Below are positions 51,194 to 59,968 of a DNA stretch of 64,000 bases, in pieces. The DNA lies in contig JBAYUN010000001.1 of assembly GCA_041675085.1 (NCBI GenBank), forward strand, positions 170,364 through 234,363, written 5' to 3'. The notes beneath the pieces are model-generated. The model made no database searches. It was not told where the DNA came from and saw nothing but the letters and a program-made list of their open reading frames with translations. The position numbers and the translations under genes were made by a program. Position 1 is the stretch's first letter, and each line of letters starts with the position of its first letter. Origin of the DNA: Minisyncoccota bacterium (lineage in GTDB: Bacteria; Patescibacteriota; Minisyncoccia; Phycocordibacterales; UBA9973).

Positions 51194-51241
51194 GGGTGAA
51201 TTGAATAACATCCTTAACGCTAAATTGAAACAAATATTCTC
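51194..51241 (+). repeat. 48-bp leader repeat, copy 2
   Basis: 46/48 identical to 50681-50728. Confidence 0.9.
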
Positions 51242-51307
51242 AGTTGCTTGTTCTGTCAATAAGCTAGTCCTGTATAGTGTTGGGACAATAAATACACACT
51301 TTAGAAT

Positions 51308-51796
51308 ATGAATACTAGCACCAGATTACTATGTATTGCCTCAATACTAACAATTATCTATTTTGTGGTCTTGTATGACCTTTTACAGGTTCCATACGAT
51401 AGAGACATAAATTATCTTGATCAAATTTCTGTAAAGCACTTCGAAACAGAAAAAAATATAGGCATAGTAAAAACAAAATTTTTTGGAGATATTAAAACCG
51501 TTAAGGGAAAATACTCGTTTATGGTAAGTTCCATAGTAACTAGACCAGAAGATGGGAGTATGTGGATACTCCATTCTCTGAAATGGTTTGAAATACTATT
51601 AACCGTGGGATTAATTTGTCTGTTATTACTTGAAAGAAAAGGAGAAGATTTCACGCCTGCTTTTCTAATTTTATGTTTAACAATAACTTTTATTTCATGC
51701 TTATCTTCATCATCATTAAAACCAGATTTTGGTTTTAATGAAATTCTTTTGCTAATATTATTATTAATAAATTTTACTATTAGTAGAAAAAAATAA
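51308..51796 (+). CDS. Orphan membrane protein
   Basis: 162 aa, about 4 hydrophobic segments; terminator 51803-51837. Confidence 0.7.
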   Translation: MNTSTRLLCIASILTIIYFVVLYDLLQVPYDRDINYLDQISVKHFETEKNIGIVKTKFFGDIKTVKGKYSFMVSSIVTRPEDGSMWILHSLKWFEILLTVGLICLLLLERKGEDFTPAFLILCLTITFISCLSSSSLKPDFGFNEILLLILLLINFTISRKK

Positions 51797-51871
51797 ATCT
51801 TTAAAGCATAGTTTGTGAAAACAAGCTGTGCTTTTTTATTTAACTTTAATTTTGATTACAAGTTTATTATA

Positions 51872-52288
51872 TTATTTTTGAATCATCATTTTCCTGACCA
51901 CTCTTTCCACTTCATAAGGATTTTTAATTGAATCAAAATGTATTTCAAATAAATCTGAGCCCGGAGTATCAAACTTGATAGAACCAACACCTAAAATTTT
52001 CTGAATAAAAGTTTGAGTTACTTCTATATTTTGAATTTTTTCATATTCTGCAAATTTTCTAGAAGTGGATAAGAAATTATATTCGCGAGCTATACCAGTG
52101 TGTAATAGATAATAACTATGAACTTTACGAAAGACTTCTGTTCCTATAATTAAAAGTATTCCAAAAATCAAAAATTGCCAGTAAAAAAATATCCCAGCAA
52201 CAACAGCCAATAGTCCAAAAAAATAAAAATCAAGATATAAAAAACGATGCGGATAAAATTTTTCTAAAACATCTGGTTGGTTATTCAT
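51872..52288 (-). CDS. bPH_2 (bacterial PH domain) membrane protein
   Basis: YEKIQNIEVTQTFIQKILGVGSI. Confidence 0.8.
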   Translation of the reverse strand: MNNQPDVLEKFYPHRFLYLDFYFFGLLAVVAGIFFYWQFLIFGILLIIGTEVFRKVHSYYLLHTGIAREYNFLSTSRKFAEYEKIQNIEVTQTFIQKILGVGSIKFDTPGSDLFEIHFDSIKNPYEVERVVRKMMIQK

Positions 52289-52291
52289 ATC

Positions 52292-53557
52292 TTATATATA
52301 CCATTTTTTAGTTTTTTTTAAAATCTCAGACATAGATGTGATGACGTAATTCAAACCTTCTTTTGTTGTATCTCTACCGAGAGAAAAACGCAAACTATGG
52401 ATAATCTTGCCTCCGTCTACATGAATAGCTTCTAATACATGAGAATTCTTTTGGTCTCCCGACTTACAAGCACTCTTTTCAGAAATATGAATACCTCGAG
52501 TAGATAATTCTATCAACAATAAATCGCTAGGAATTTGCGGTATGGTAAAGTTTACGTTATTGGGCAGGCGCATAACACTGTCGCCGTTTAAGATTATGTT
52601 TATCTCATATTTCTTAAAAAGATTTTGCATTTTTGCGATGAAGTAATCCCGCAAAGTGACAAGTCTTTTGTTTTCTTTGATTTTCATCTTTTCTGTTAAG
52701 ATCAGAGCTTGCTCTAGTCCTACCACTAGAGGGAGATTTTCTGTACCAGGGCGTATTTGAAATTCTTGATCGCCACCATGATTTACAGGAGACAACTCTA
52801 CACCTCGTTTTTTAAATAAAACTCCTACACCTTTCGGTCCATAAATCTTGCCTGCATTAAATGACAACAAATCTACACCCAAACGCAACACATTAATATC
52901 TAAATAATTTATTGCTTGTGTAGCGTCGGTATGAAAGACTGGATAAAGCTCATGATTATTATTTTTCTTATAGTGACGAATAACTTTAGCTATTTCTCTA
53001 ATCGGCTGAATAGTACCTATTTCATTGTTTGCATACATTACAGAGACAAGTACTGTATTTTCTTTTATTAGCTTTTTTAATTTAGAAGGATCTACTATCC
53101 CATCCTGTTCTACAGGCAGATAGTCCAATTCTATTTTTTTTTCACTCTCCAAAAACTTACATACTTCTAGAATAGACGCATGTTCGATATTACTAATAAT
53201 CACATGAGGAGTTTTAAATTTTTTGGAAGCTAGAGAGACAGTCCCTAAGACTGCAAGATTGTTAGATTCAGTAGCTCCACTAGTAAAAACTATTTCGTCC
53301 ATATGAGCACCCAAAATCGCCCCCACAGAATTCCGAGCCTGAGTCAAGACTTTCATAGACTCAACACCGAGGTTATGAATAGCACTAGGGTTTGCAAAAT
53401 ACTTCTTGAAAGCTTGGTTCATTTTTGACAAAACAACACCATCTAAAAAAGTAGCTGAGGCATTATCTAAATATACTAGCTTTTTTGACTTTGTTTTATT
53501 TAGCTCCTTTTTATTTTTGCTTTTGTTTTGATTTGTATTTTTGTTTGATTTAACCAT
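52292..53557 (-). CDS. iscS: Cysteine desulfurase (IscS/NifS type)
   Basis: YLDNASAT, FTSGATES, NNEIG, HTDATQ, KIYGPKG, RPGTEN, SAC. Confidence 0.9.
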   Translation of the reverse strand: MVKSNKNTNQNKSKNKKELNKTKSKKLVYLDNASATFLDGVVLSKMNQAFKKYFANPSAIHNLGVESMKVLTQARNSVGAILGAHMDEIVFTSGATESNNLAVLGTVSLASKKFKTPHVIISNIEHASILEVCKFLESEKKIELDYLPVEQDGIVDPSKLKKLIKENTVLVSVMYANNEIGTIQPIREIAKVIRHYKKNNNHELYPVFHTDATQAINYLDINVLRLGVDLLSFNAGKIYGPKGVGVLFKKRGVELSPVNHGGDQEFQIRPGTENLPLVVGLEQALILTEKMKIKENKRLVTLRDYFIAKMQNLFKKYEINIILNGDSVMRLPNNVNFTIPQIPSDLLLIELSTRGIHISEKSACKSGDQKNSHVLEAIHVDGGKIIHSLRFSLGRDTTKEGLNYVITSMSEILKKTKKWYI

Positions 53558-53581
53558 GAAAATAGTATATATTGAAATTGT

Positions 53582-54037
53582 ATGAATATAAAGCTCGAAA
53601 TTGCTTTTTTTGTTTTTACCCTAATTGCAATCTTTGCAAATTTTTTTTGGATTAAGAAAACAGAAAAAAGATTGAAGAGATTTTTTATGGGCAAAAAAGC
53701 AAAAGACCTTGAAGAAACCTTAATTCATCTAGAAGCAGAACTAGCAGTTTTACAAAAAGCGAAAGAGCAAACAGAGAAAGATTTGATAGTTGTAAACCAA
53801 AAACTTAAAAAGAGTATTAGAGGTTTAGAGACTATCCGATTCAATCCTTTCCCTGACCAAGGTGGCACTCAGAGTTTTGCTATTGGTTTACAAAATGAAG
53901 AAGGAGATGGTGTTGTAATTTCTAGTCTATACAGCAGAGAAAGAATGAGTGTTTTTGCAAAGCCTATCAAAAAAGGTGTATCTGAATATGAATTAACGGA
54001 AGAAGAAAAAGAAGTTGTTTTGAGAGCTAAAGTTTAA
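53582..54037 (+). CDS. DUF4446 family protein
   Basis: RFNPFPDQGG.QSF, GVVISSLYSRE, YELTEEE. Confidence 0.85.
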   Translation: MNIKLEIAFFVFTLIAIFANFFWIKKTEKRLKRFFMGKKAKDLEETLIHLEAELAVLQKAKEQTEKDLIVVNQKLKKSIRGLETIRFNPFPDQGGTQSFAIGLQNEEGDGVVISSLYSRERMSVFAKPIKKGVSEYELTEEEKEVVLRAKV

Positions 54038-54043
54038 TTAAAT

Positions 54044-55558
54044 ATGAAAAAAGAAAAAGAAATAATCTCATACGATCCTGAAATAATACGCCCACCTGTG
54101 GTAGTTATTATGGGGCACGTCGACCACGGCAAGTCGACTCTTTTAGACTACCTCAGGAATACAAATATAGTAGATGGTGAAGCGGGAGGTATTACTCAAC
54201 ACATATCTGCTTATGAAGTAACTCATAAAGACGAAAAAAATATTGAAAAGAAGATAACTTTCTTAGACACTCCCGGACATGCTGCGTTTTCTAAAATGCG
54301 TGCACGTGGAGCAAATATAGCGGACATAGCTATCCTTATCGTTTCCGCTGAAGACGGAGTTAAAACTCAAACTATAGAAGCTTGGAAAACCATAGAGGAA
54401 ACTAAAATCCCAGTCATAGTCGCTATTAACAAAATAGACAAACCTCAGGCAAATCTAGAAAAAACCAAAACTGAATTATCAGAAAACGGTATTTATCTAG
54501 AAGACTACGGAGGCACAATACCCTATGCTGCTATCTCAGCTAAAACAGGAGAAGGTGTACCGGATTTATTGTCTTTGATAAACATCGTAGCCGAATTGGA
54601 AGAATTAAAAGCAGACGATGAAAAACTCGCTACTGGTTTTATAATTGAAGCAAACTTGGATCAAAAACGTGGAATAGAAGCTACCATGATAATAAAAGAT
54701 GGTACTCTACGTAAAGGTATGTGGGTGGCATCTAATGATAGTGCTTGTCCTGTAAGAATATTCTTAGATTTTAGAGGCAAAGCTATAGACGAAGCTACTT
54801 TCTCATCCCCTGTGAAGCTTGTAGGATTTGATAAAATGCCAAAAGTAGGTAGTAGATTCTATTCTTTTTCAAAGAAAGAGGACGCCCTTAAACATAAAGA
54901 AGGAGACAAGAATACTTTAGTCCCAGACAAAAAAGATAGAGATTTACCAACCAATAAAAAGATAATCCCTATCATAATCAAAACCGATACTTCAGGCTCA
55001 ATAGAAGCACTAGAAAAAGAAATCGAGAAAATCGAAAACGATAGTGCTATGTTTAAAATCATCCAAAAAGGTGAAGGTATTATCGGAGAGAACGATATCA
55101 AAAACGCTATGGGAACCGAAAACGGTATAGTTTTAGGATTCAATGTAAAGGTAGACAACAATGCTCTAAACCTAGCCGAGAGAATGGGAGTTACTGTACT
55201 TACTTTTGATATAATCTACAAAATGACTGAATGGCTCGAACTTGAAATGGAAAAAAGAAGACCACGAGTCGAGACAACTGAAATCACAGGTAGAGCTAAG
55301 ATCTTGAAAGCTTTTAGTAGAACCAAAGAAAGACAAATCTTAGGCGGTAAAGTACTCGAAGGAAATATCTTGTTAGGTACAGTTAGAATAATGAGAAGAG
55401 ATAATGAGATAGGAAAAGGAAAATTAGTAAACTTAGAAAAAGGAAAAAACAAAACTAGCTCTGTCGAAGAAGGAGCTGAGTTTGGCATGATGATAGAATC
55501 AAAATTAGAAATAGTTGCAGGTGATGTAATAGAAACTTTTTCTATTGTACAAAAATAA
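54044..55558 (+). CDS. infB: Translation initiation factor IF-2 (short form)
   Basis: [25 protein letters not shown]. Confidence 0.96.
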   Translation: MKKEKEIISYDPEIIRPPVVVIMGHVDHGKSTLLDYLRNTNIVDGEAGGITQHISAYEVTHKDEKNIEKKITFLDTPGHAAFSKMRARGANIADIAILIVSAEDGVKTQTIEAWKTIEETKIPVIVAINKIDKPQANLEKTKTELSENGIYLEDYGGTIPYAAISAKTGEGVPDLLSLINIVAELEELKADDEKLATGFIIEANLDQKRGIEATMIIKDGTLRKGMWVASNDSACPVRIFLDFRGKAIDEATFSSPVKLVGFDKMPKVGSRFYSFSKKEDALKHKEGDKNTLVPDKKDRDLPTNKKIIPIIIKTDTSGSIEALEKEIEKIENDSAMFKIIQKGEGIIGENDIKNAMGTENGIVLGFNVKVDNNALNLAERMGVTVLTFDIIYKMTEWLELEMEKRRPRVETTEITGRAKILKAFSRTKERQILGGKVLEGNILLGTVRIMRRDNEIGKGKLVNLEKGKNKTSSVEEGAEFGMMIESKLEIVAGDVIETFSIVQK

Positions 55559-55562
55559 ATTT

Positions 55563-55886
55563 ATGACAGACAGACAAGAAAAAATCGGTGCATTATTAAA
55601 AGAATTAGTAGCCAACTTTTTATTAAGAGAGAATAACAATTCTTCTCTTATTACTGTTACAAGTACTACTGTTTCTTCAGACTTTAAAAAAGCTACTATA
55701 TTTATCACTGTGCTACCTAACGAAAAAGAACACACTGCTCTAGAATTCGCCAAAAGGAAAAGAGGTGAAATGCGAGACTTTATCAAAAAGAATATGGAGA
55801 CCAAAGTTATTCCTTTTATAGACATAGAAATAGACAAAGGCGAGAAAAACAGACAAAGAATTGACGAATTGCTCCGAGAAAAGTAA
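55563..55886 (+). CDS. rbfA: Ribosome-binding factor A
   Basis: Follows infB; ITVT...S.D.K.ATIF, RIDELL. Confidence 0.88.
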   Translation: MTDRQEKIGALLKELVANFLLRENNNSSLITVTSTTVSSDFKKATIFITVLPNEKEHTALEFAKRKRGEMRDFIKKNMETKVIPFIDIEIDKGEKNRQRIDELLREK

Positions 55887-55901
55887 GATTAGTATTTGTA
55901 A

Positions 55902-55973
55902 GGCCTAGTCGCCAAGTGGTAAGGCAAAGATCTGCAAAATCTTTATACGCCGGTTCGATTCCGGCCTAGGCCT
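55902..55973 (+). tRNA. tRNA-Cys(GCA)
   Basis: GGCCTAG/CTAGGCC stem; AAGAT-CT-GCA-AA-ATCTT. Confidence 0.95.
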
Positions 55974-56040
55974 CATATAGATTGTATTTTTATAAAAAAA
56001 TAGTTAGAATAAGATTTATATAAATATATATTTATAAATT

Positions 56041-56109
56041 GCCCGGATGGATGAAAAGTAAACTGCTTTACTTTTCATCCGAGTAAAACGAGGAGGCCGA
56101 CATCCGGGT
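56041..56109 (+). other. tRNA-Leu 5'-end copy with inserted hairpin
   Basis: Starts GCCCGGATGG like the tRNA at 56158; GGATGAAAAGTAAA-CTGC-TTTACTTTTCATCC hairpin; closes with CATCCGGGT. Confidence 0.7.
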
Positions 56110-56157
56110 AATGGTTTTGTTTACAAAATAAAAAATATGTAATATATTTTTTAAATT

Positions 56158-56239
56158 GCCCGGATGGCGGAACTGGTATACGCGCACGACTTAAAATCGT
56201 GTCTCGCAAGGGATGTGGGTTCGACCCCCACTCCGGGCA
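56158..56239 (+). tRNA. tRNA-Leu(TAA)
   Basis: CACGA-CT-TAA-AA-TCGTG arm, variable arm. Confidence 0.95.
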
Positions 56240-56268
56240 CACAGCAAAATTATAATTTTTGCTAAAAA

Positions 56269-56341
56269 GCGTCCTTAGCTCAGCTGGTAGAGCAGATCCC
56301 TCTTAAGGATAAGGTCGAAGGTTCGATCCCTTCAGGACGCA
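56269..56341 (+). tRNA. tRNA-Lys(CTT)
   Basis: GCGTCCT/AGGACGC stem; ATCC-CT-CTT-AA-GGAT. Confidence 0.93.
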
Positions 56342-56365
56342 CAAAGTGCAAATATTGCACTTAAG

Positions 56366-56465
56366 AATGAAAGTTGTTTTTAAAAAACATTGCGCAGGCT
56401 GACGAGCCGAGCATAGCAAATTTTTAGCAAAAAATTATGTGCGTTTTTTAAAAACAACTTTCATT
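56366..56465. repeat. 100-bp element with perfect 23-bp terminal inverted repeats
   Basis: AATGAAAGTTGTTTTTAAAAAAC (56366-56388) / GTTTTTTAAAAACAACTTTCATT (56443-56465). Confidence 0.85.
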
Positions 56466-56476
56466 ATAATAAAATT

Positions 56477-56558
56477 GGGCAAGTGGCGGAATTGGTATAC
56501 GCGTTAGTCTTAGGAACTAATGCCGCAAGGCTTGAGGGTTCGAGTCCCTCCTTGCCCA
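56477..56558 (+). tRNA. tRNA-Leu(TAG)
   Basis: TTAGT-CT-TAG-GA-ACTAA arm; variable arm GCCGCAAGGC. Confidence 0.95.
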
Positions 56559-56681
56559 CACAGATAAAACATAAAAGCACCTTTATTTAAGGTGTTTTTA
56601 TGTTTATGTAACCTATACATATTACCCCTAGGTCGCGACTCAGGGCTTGACATTTACTCTTGAGTATGCTATACTATAGGT

Positions 56682-57461
56682 ATGAAAAATGTAAACAACA
56701 ATTTAATATTTGCCTTAGGAATCTTAGCTGTTGTGGCTTTCAATATTCTATTCTTATCCCCTACTACTACAAATGCTTATGTAACTCAAGGAGCTTATAA
56801 CACAACTGGAGCATACACTTATTGTGACGGATGTGGAGGAGTTAATAGTAATGCAAACAATAACAGCAACTCTACAATAGCAACTCCAGTCTTGTATTCA
56901 CTATCCCCTACAAACACTACAGTCAATGCAAATACAAAAACTGTGACTATCTTGGGTACAGGCTTCCGCCCAGACTCTATAGCTAGATGGGGCAGCTTCG
57001 ATCGCCCTACTTCATACGTAAACTCAAGAAAACTTATCATGGAGCTAAACGAAGGAGACTTAAAGGCAAAAGGTCAATACTTGGTAACAGTAGTAAACCC
57101 TAGTCCAGACGGTGGAAAGTTCTCAAACTCAAAAGTTTTCACTGTAAATAATACTACAACAGGAGCAGTAGCAGGAGCGAGCACAAAAAACACAACAAAG
57201 AAAGTATCTACAAGTAATACAACAGTAAAGACAGTCGGAGTAGAACTTGATACAGATTCCTCTTTAAACGGCTCTACAGGCTCAATAGACGGTGACAATG
57301 ATAATCTATCAGCAAATGCATCAAGTAGTAATTTCAACTTCATGCCGAGCACTATATTAGGATGGTTAGTACTATTTATCCTAATCTATCTATCAATACT
57401 ATTATTTAGAAAACTTTGGGTCACAGAAGACGACAAAAACAAGCCCTTAAAGCACGCATAA
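56682..57461 (+). CDS. Cell-surface protein with IPT/TIG-like domain
   Basis: Signal peptide, PVLYSLSP..VTILGTGF..VTVVNP, S/T-rich linker, C-terminal TM. Confidence 0.8.
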   Translation: MKNVNNNLIFALGILAVVAFNILFLSPTTTNAYVTQGAYNTTGAYTYCDGCGGVNSNANNNSNSTIATPVLYSLSPTNTTVNANTKTVTILGTGFRPDSIARWGSFDRPTSYVNSRKLIMELNEGDLKAKGQYLVTVVNPSPDGGKFSNSKVFTVNNTTTGAVAGASTKNTTKKVSTSNTTVKTVGVELDTDSSLNGSTGSIDGDNDNLSANASSSNFNFMPSTILGWLVLFILIYLSILLFRKLWVTEDDKNKPLKHA

Positions 57462-57499
57462 AAATTATAAATATATACAAAAAAGTCAGCCTTAAAAGG

Positions 57500-57632
57500 T
57501 TGACTTTTTTGTTGTTTTATGCTATAGTTTATATGTAATTTGCTCGTTGAAAAATAAGATTTTTTGTTAATAAATAGTTTCGACGGAATGATTCTACTCC
57601 TCCCCTATTCTTTCAAAACTATTTATTAACAA
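57500..57632 (+). promoter_or_regulatory. Promoter + boxA-like motif + long hairpin leader, copy 3 (divergent sequence)
   Basis: TTGACT-17-TATAGT; TGCTCGTTGA 57541-57550; 17-bp perfect stem 57564-57580 / 57616-57632. Confidence 0.7.
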
Positions 57633-57648
57633 TCAAAATTTTTAAATA

Positions 57649-58575
57649 ATGGAAATATTAATTATTTTAGGATTAATTATTGGAATAGCCTTAGTGCTAT
57701 TTATAAATTTCACTACAGTCGAATCAGGTAACTATAAATTTATAGTTATTGGAGAGACCTACAGTAAAACACTTGATCCTTATACTAGCTTTAGTTTCTT
57801 TGGGTGGTATTGGATTGGTATCAGTTTTTTGTATAAAGTTCATAACTTTCCAATCAACAAATACAAGGTAAATCCAGACCGAAAACCAGATGAGGCGAAA
57901 AGTTGGGTTGTCCATGAAGATGGTGTCATAGTAGACACATTACGCAAAGTGGTAACTCTTCCTATTTTAATGGAAGATGTTGAACTTAAAGACAGAACAA
58001 AGATAAATCTATTACTTAACGTGATACTAGAGTATCGAAATCCTTATATTTTTGTATTTGACCTCAAAGGAAACCCTAGGCCGATTATCAGTATAATTGC
58101 CTCTAAGATAACAAACGAAGTCAACAAGGTAGCAAACTTAACAGCTTTTATTGATTTAGATACAAGCGAGAGCGCAGATTTTTTTAAAGGCTTACTAGAC
58201 GAAAATCCTGCGAACGATGACAATTTGAGCGATTTTAACACATTGCTTTTAAATAAAACTGGCTCAATTGCTAATAGCTTCAATATTAGCGAATTCAATG
58301 CCGACAGAGCTATCTTAGACGCAGCAAACAAAAAAGCGATAGCTGTACTGAATGCTGAAGCTCTAGGTATAGATGCAGAAGCTAATGCCAACTACAAAAG
58401 GCAAGACGCAGTTGCGGAGATTGATTCTTTGATTGAAAGATTAGAGAAAACTGGAGCAAACCCATCAGAAATACTAAAAGCAGTGTCAGATTTAAAACGT
58501 AGCCAAGCCATTGAAAAAACCAAAACTACGACTCTTGTACTAGGTGGAAGTACTGGCACAAATATCAGTACTTAA
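57649..58575 (+). CDS. Divergent SPFH/band-7-like membrane protein
   Basis: N-terminal TM, F...ESG, ELKD..KI.L, Ala/Glu-rich coiled-coil C-terminus. Confidence 0.65.
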   Translation: MEILIILGLIIGIALVLFINFTTVESGNYKFIVIGETYSKTLDPYTSFSFFGWYWIGISFLYKVHNFPINKYKVNPDRKPDEAKSWVVHEDGVIVDTLRKVVTLPILMEDVELKDRTKINLLLNVILEYRNPYIFVFDLKGNPRPIISIIASKITNEVNKVANLTAFIDLDTSESADFFKGLLDENPANDDNLSDFNTLLLNKTGSIANSFNISEFNADRAILDAANKKAIAVLNAEALGIDAEANANYKRQDAVAEIDSLIERLEKTGANPSEILKAVSDLKRSQAIEKTKTTTLVLGGSTGTNIST

Positions 58576-58601
58576 ATTTTTTAATTTTAAAAATTTCAAA
58601 A

Positions 58602-59207
58602 ATGAATGTGTTATATTGGATTATTGGAATTCTAGCTTCTTTTTTTTTGATTTTGATTTATTTCAAATTCATGAAAAATAGAAAAAACCCAAACCTAAAC
58701 ATAAACCTCATCCCAATCCTATACATAGTGGGTTTGGCTGGAGTAGTTTGGTTTATCGCCTCATATTTCTATCCAAATTTTTGGGCCAGATACTATGGAT
58801 CGGATTTATTCTGGCCTAGCATTGTAGCCATGGGAATATGTTTGTTTTTTTCGAGTCACTCATATACAGAAGCAAAAATTGCATTTGTTATAATTATTGG
58901 GTTGATTTTGTATCAATTTGGTGACTACCCTTTTTTAAGAGGAAAACCAAAAAAACCTGAAACTGTCTGGGTTTGGCATGTTAAAATTCCAAAAGTGGAT
59001 AGTGTTCTGATTTACGAAGGTAAACCAACGGGTAGAAAAATTTTTTTACCGAACGATGGTTGGACGCGTATATCTCCAGAATGCGGACTGTCAGTTTCTT
59101 GCAAATCAAAAAACTGGAGCACATCAGAAAATCTGGTTGGTTGCAGCGGAGGAGAGGCAAGTCTGCCTCCTTTTAATGAATGGGTAAAAATATCCATCAT
59201 AGAATAA
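58602..59207 (+). CDS. Orphan membrane protein
   Basis: About 4 TM helices plus Cys-containing tail; terminator 59213-59248. Confidence 0.7.
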   Translation: MNVLYWIIGILASFFLILIYFKFMKNRKNPNLNINLIPILYIVGLAGVVWFIASYFYPNFWARYYGSDLFWPSIVAMGICLFFSSHSYTEAKIAFVIIIGLILYQFGDYPFLRGKPKKPETVWVWHVKIPKVDSVLIYEGKPTGRKIFLPNDGWTRISPECGLSVSCKSKNWSTSENLVGCSGGEASLPPFNEWVKISIIE

Positions 59208-59267
59208 AATCAAAAAGGCAAAGAATTTTTAATTCTTTGCCTTTTTTTATTTTCTTTATTTTAACTT

Positions 59268-59963
59268 TTATATCGAGTTATTTTCTCCTAATACAGATTG
59301 ACTAGAATTTGTATTAGAAGTTGAACCATTATTGGGTGGCAAACTAGGGTCAGTATTTGTACTAGGAGTACTATTTACAGAAGGATTTATTATAGGATCA
59401 AAACCAGAAGTAGTATTGGTATTTGTCGTATTAGGAGGAGGTATAAAAGGATCTGAAGTCTCAATAGGATCTAGATTGTCGTCAATGGGTGTAACTCCTA
59501 TCGGATCAACCTCTACAGGATCAAATTGAGTGCCTGTACCAGTTGTTGTACCTGTAGTAGTTCCAGTACCTGTTCCCGCTCCTGAACCCGTCCCTGTATT
59601 TGTCCCCGTACCAGGAGGATTGAAAGGAATCGTAGGATTGTAATCATTTAGTTGTACAGTCCCCGCTTCTGGATCAATCCCCGTGATATTTAAAGTATTT
59701 AAAACTAAGTTTAGAATACCCCAAACACCCATCATAACAGTCAAACCAATAACTCCATAAAGCATATGATTCTTGCCATTAGTGCGCTCTGTTTCATTAT
59801 CAGCATTTGTTAAGAAAACAAAAACTCCATAAAGAAAATAAGCTATACCAATAGCAAAAAGCAATCGAATCAAAGGATTCACTATCACAGAATTAAAATT
59901 ACCTAAAAAGGAATTAAAATCTGCGTATGCTATATTGGGTAAAAATATTGAAAATAAATCCAT
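59268..59963 (-). CDS. VirB2/TrbC-like pilin with G/T/P-rich tail
   Basis: YFLYGV..F...D.E..R..GK..M.YG.IGL.VM.GVWG pilin signature. Confidence 0.75.
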   Translation of the reverse strand: MDLFSIFLPNIAYADFNSFLGNFNSVIVNPLIRLLFAIGIAYFLYGVFVFLTNADNETERTNGKNHMLYGVIGLTVMMGVWGILNLVLNTLNITGIDPEAGTVQLNDYNPTIPFNPPGTGTNTGTGSGAGTGTGTTTGTTTGTGTQFDPVEVDPIGVTPIDDNLDPIETSDPFIPPPNTTNTNTTSGFDPIINPSVNSTPSTNTDPSLPPNNGSTSNTNSSQSVLGENNSI

Positions 59964-59968
59964 AATTT

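Noticed and set aside
50681-51241. CRISPR array (repeat contains ATTGAAAC)
   Set aside because: Only two copies, separated by 465 nt containing an ORF, and no cas genes; kept as a leader repeat.
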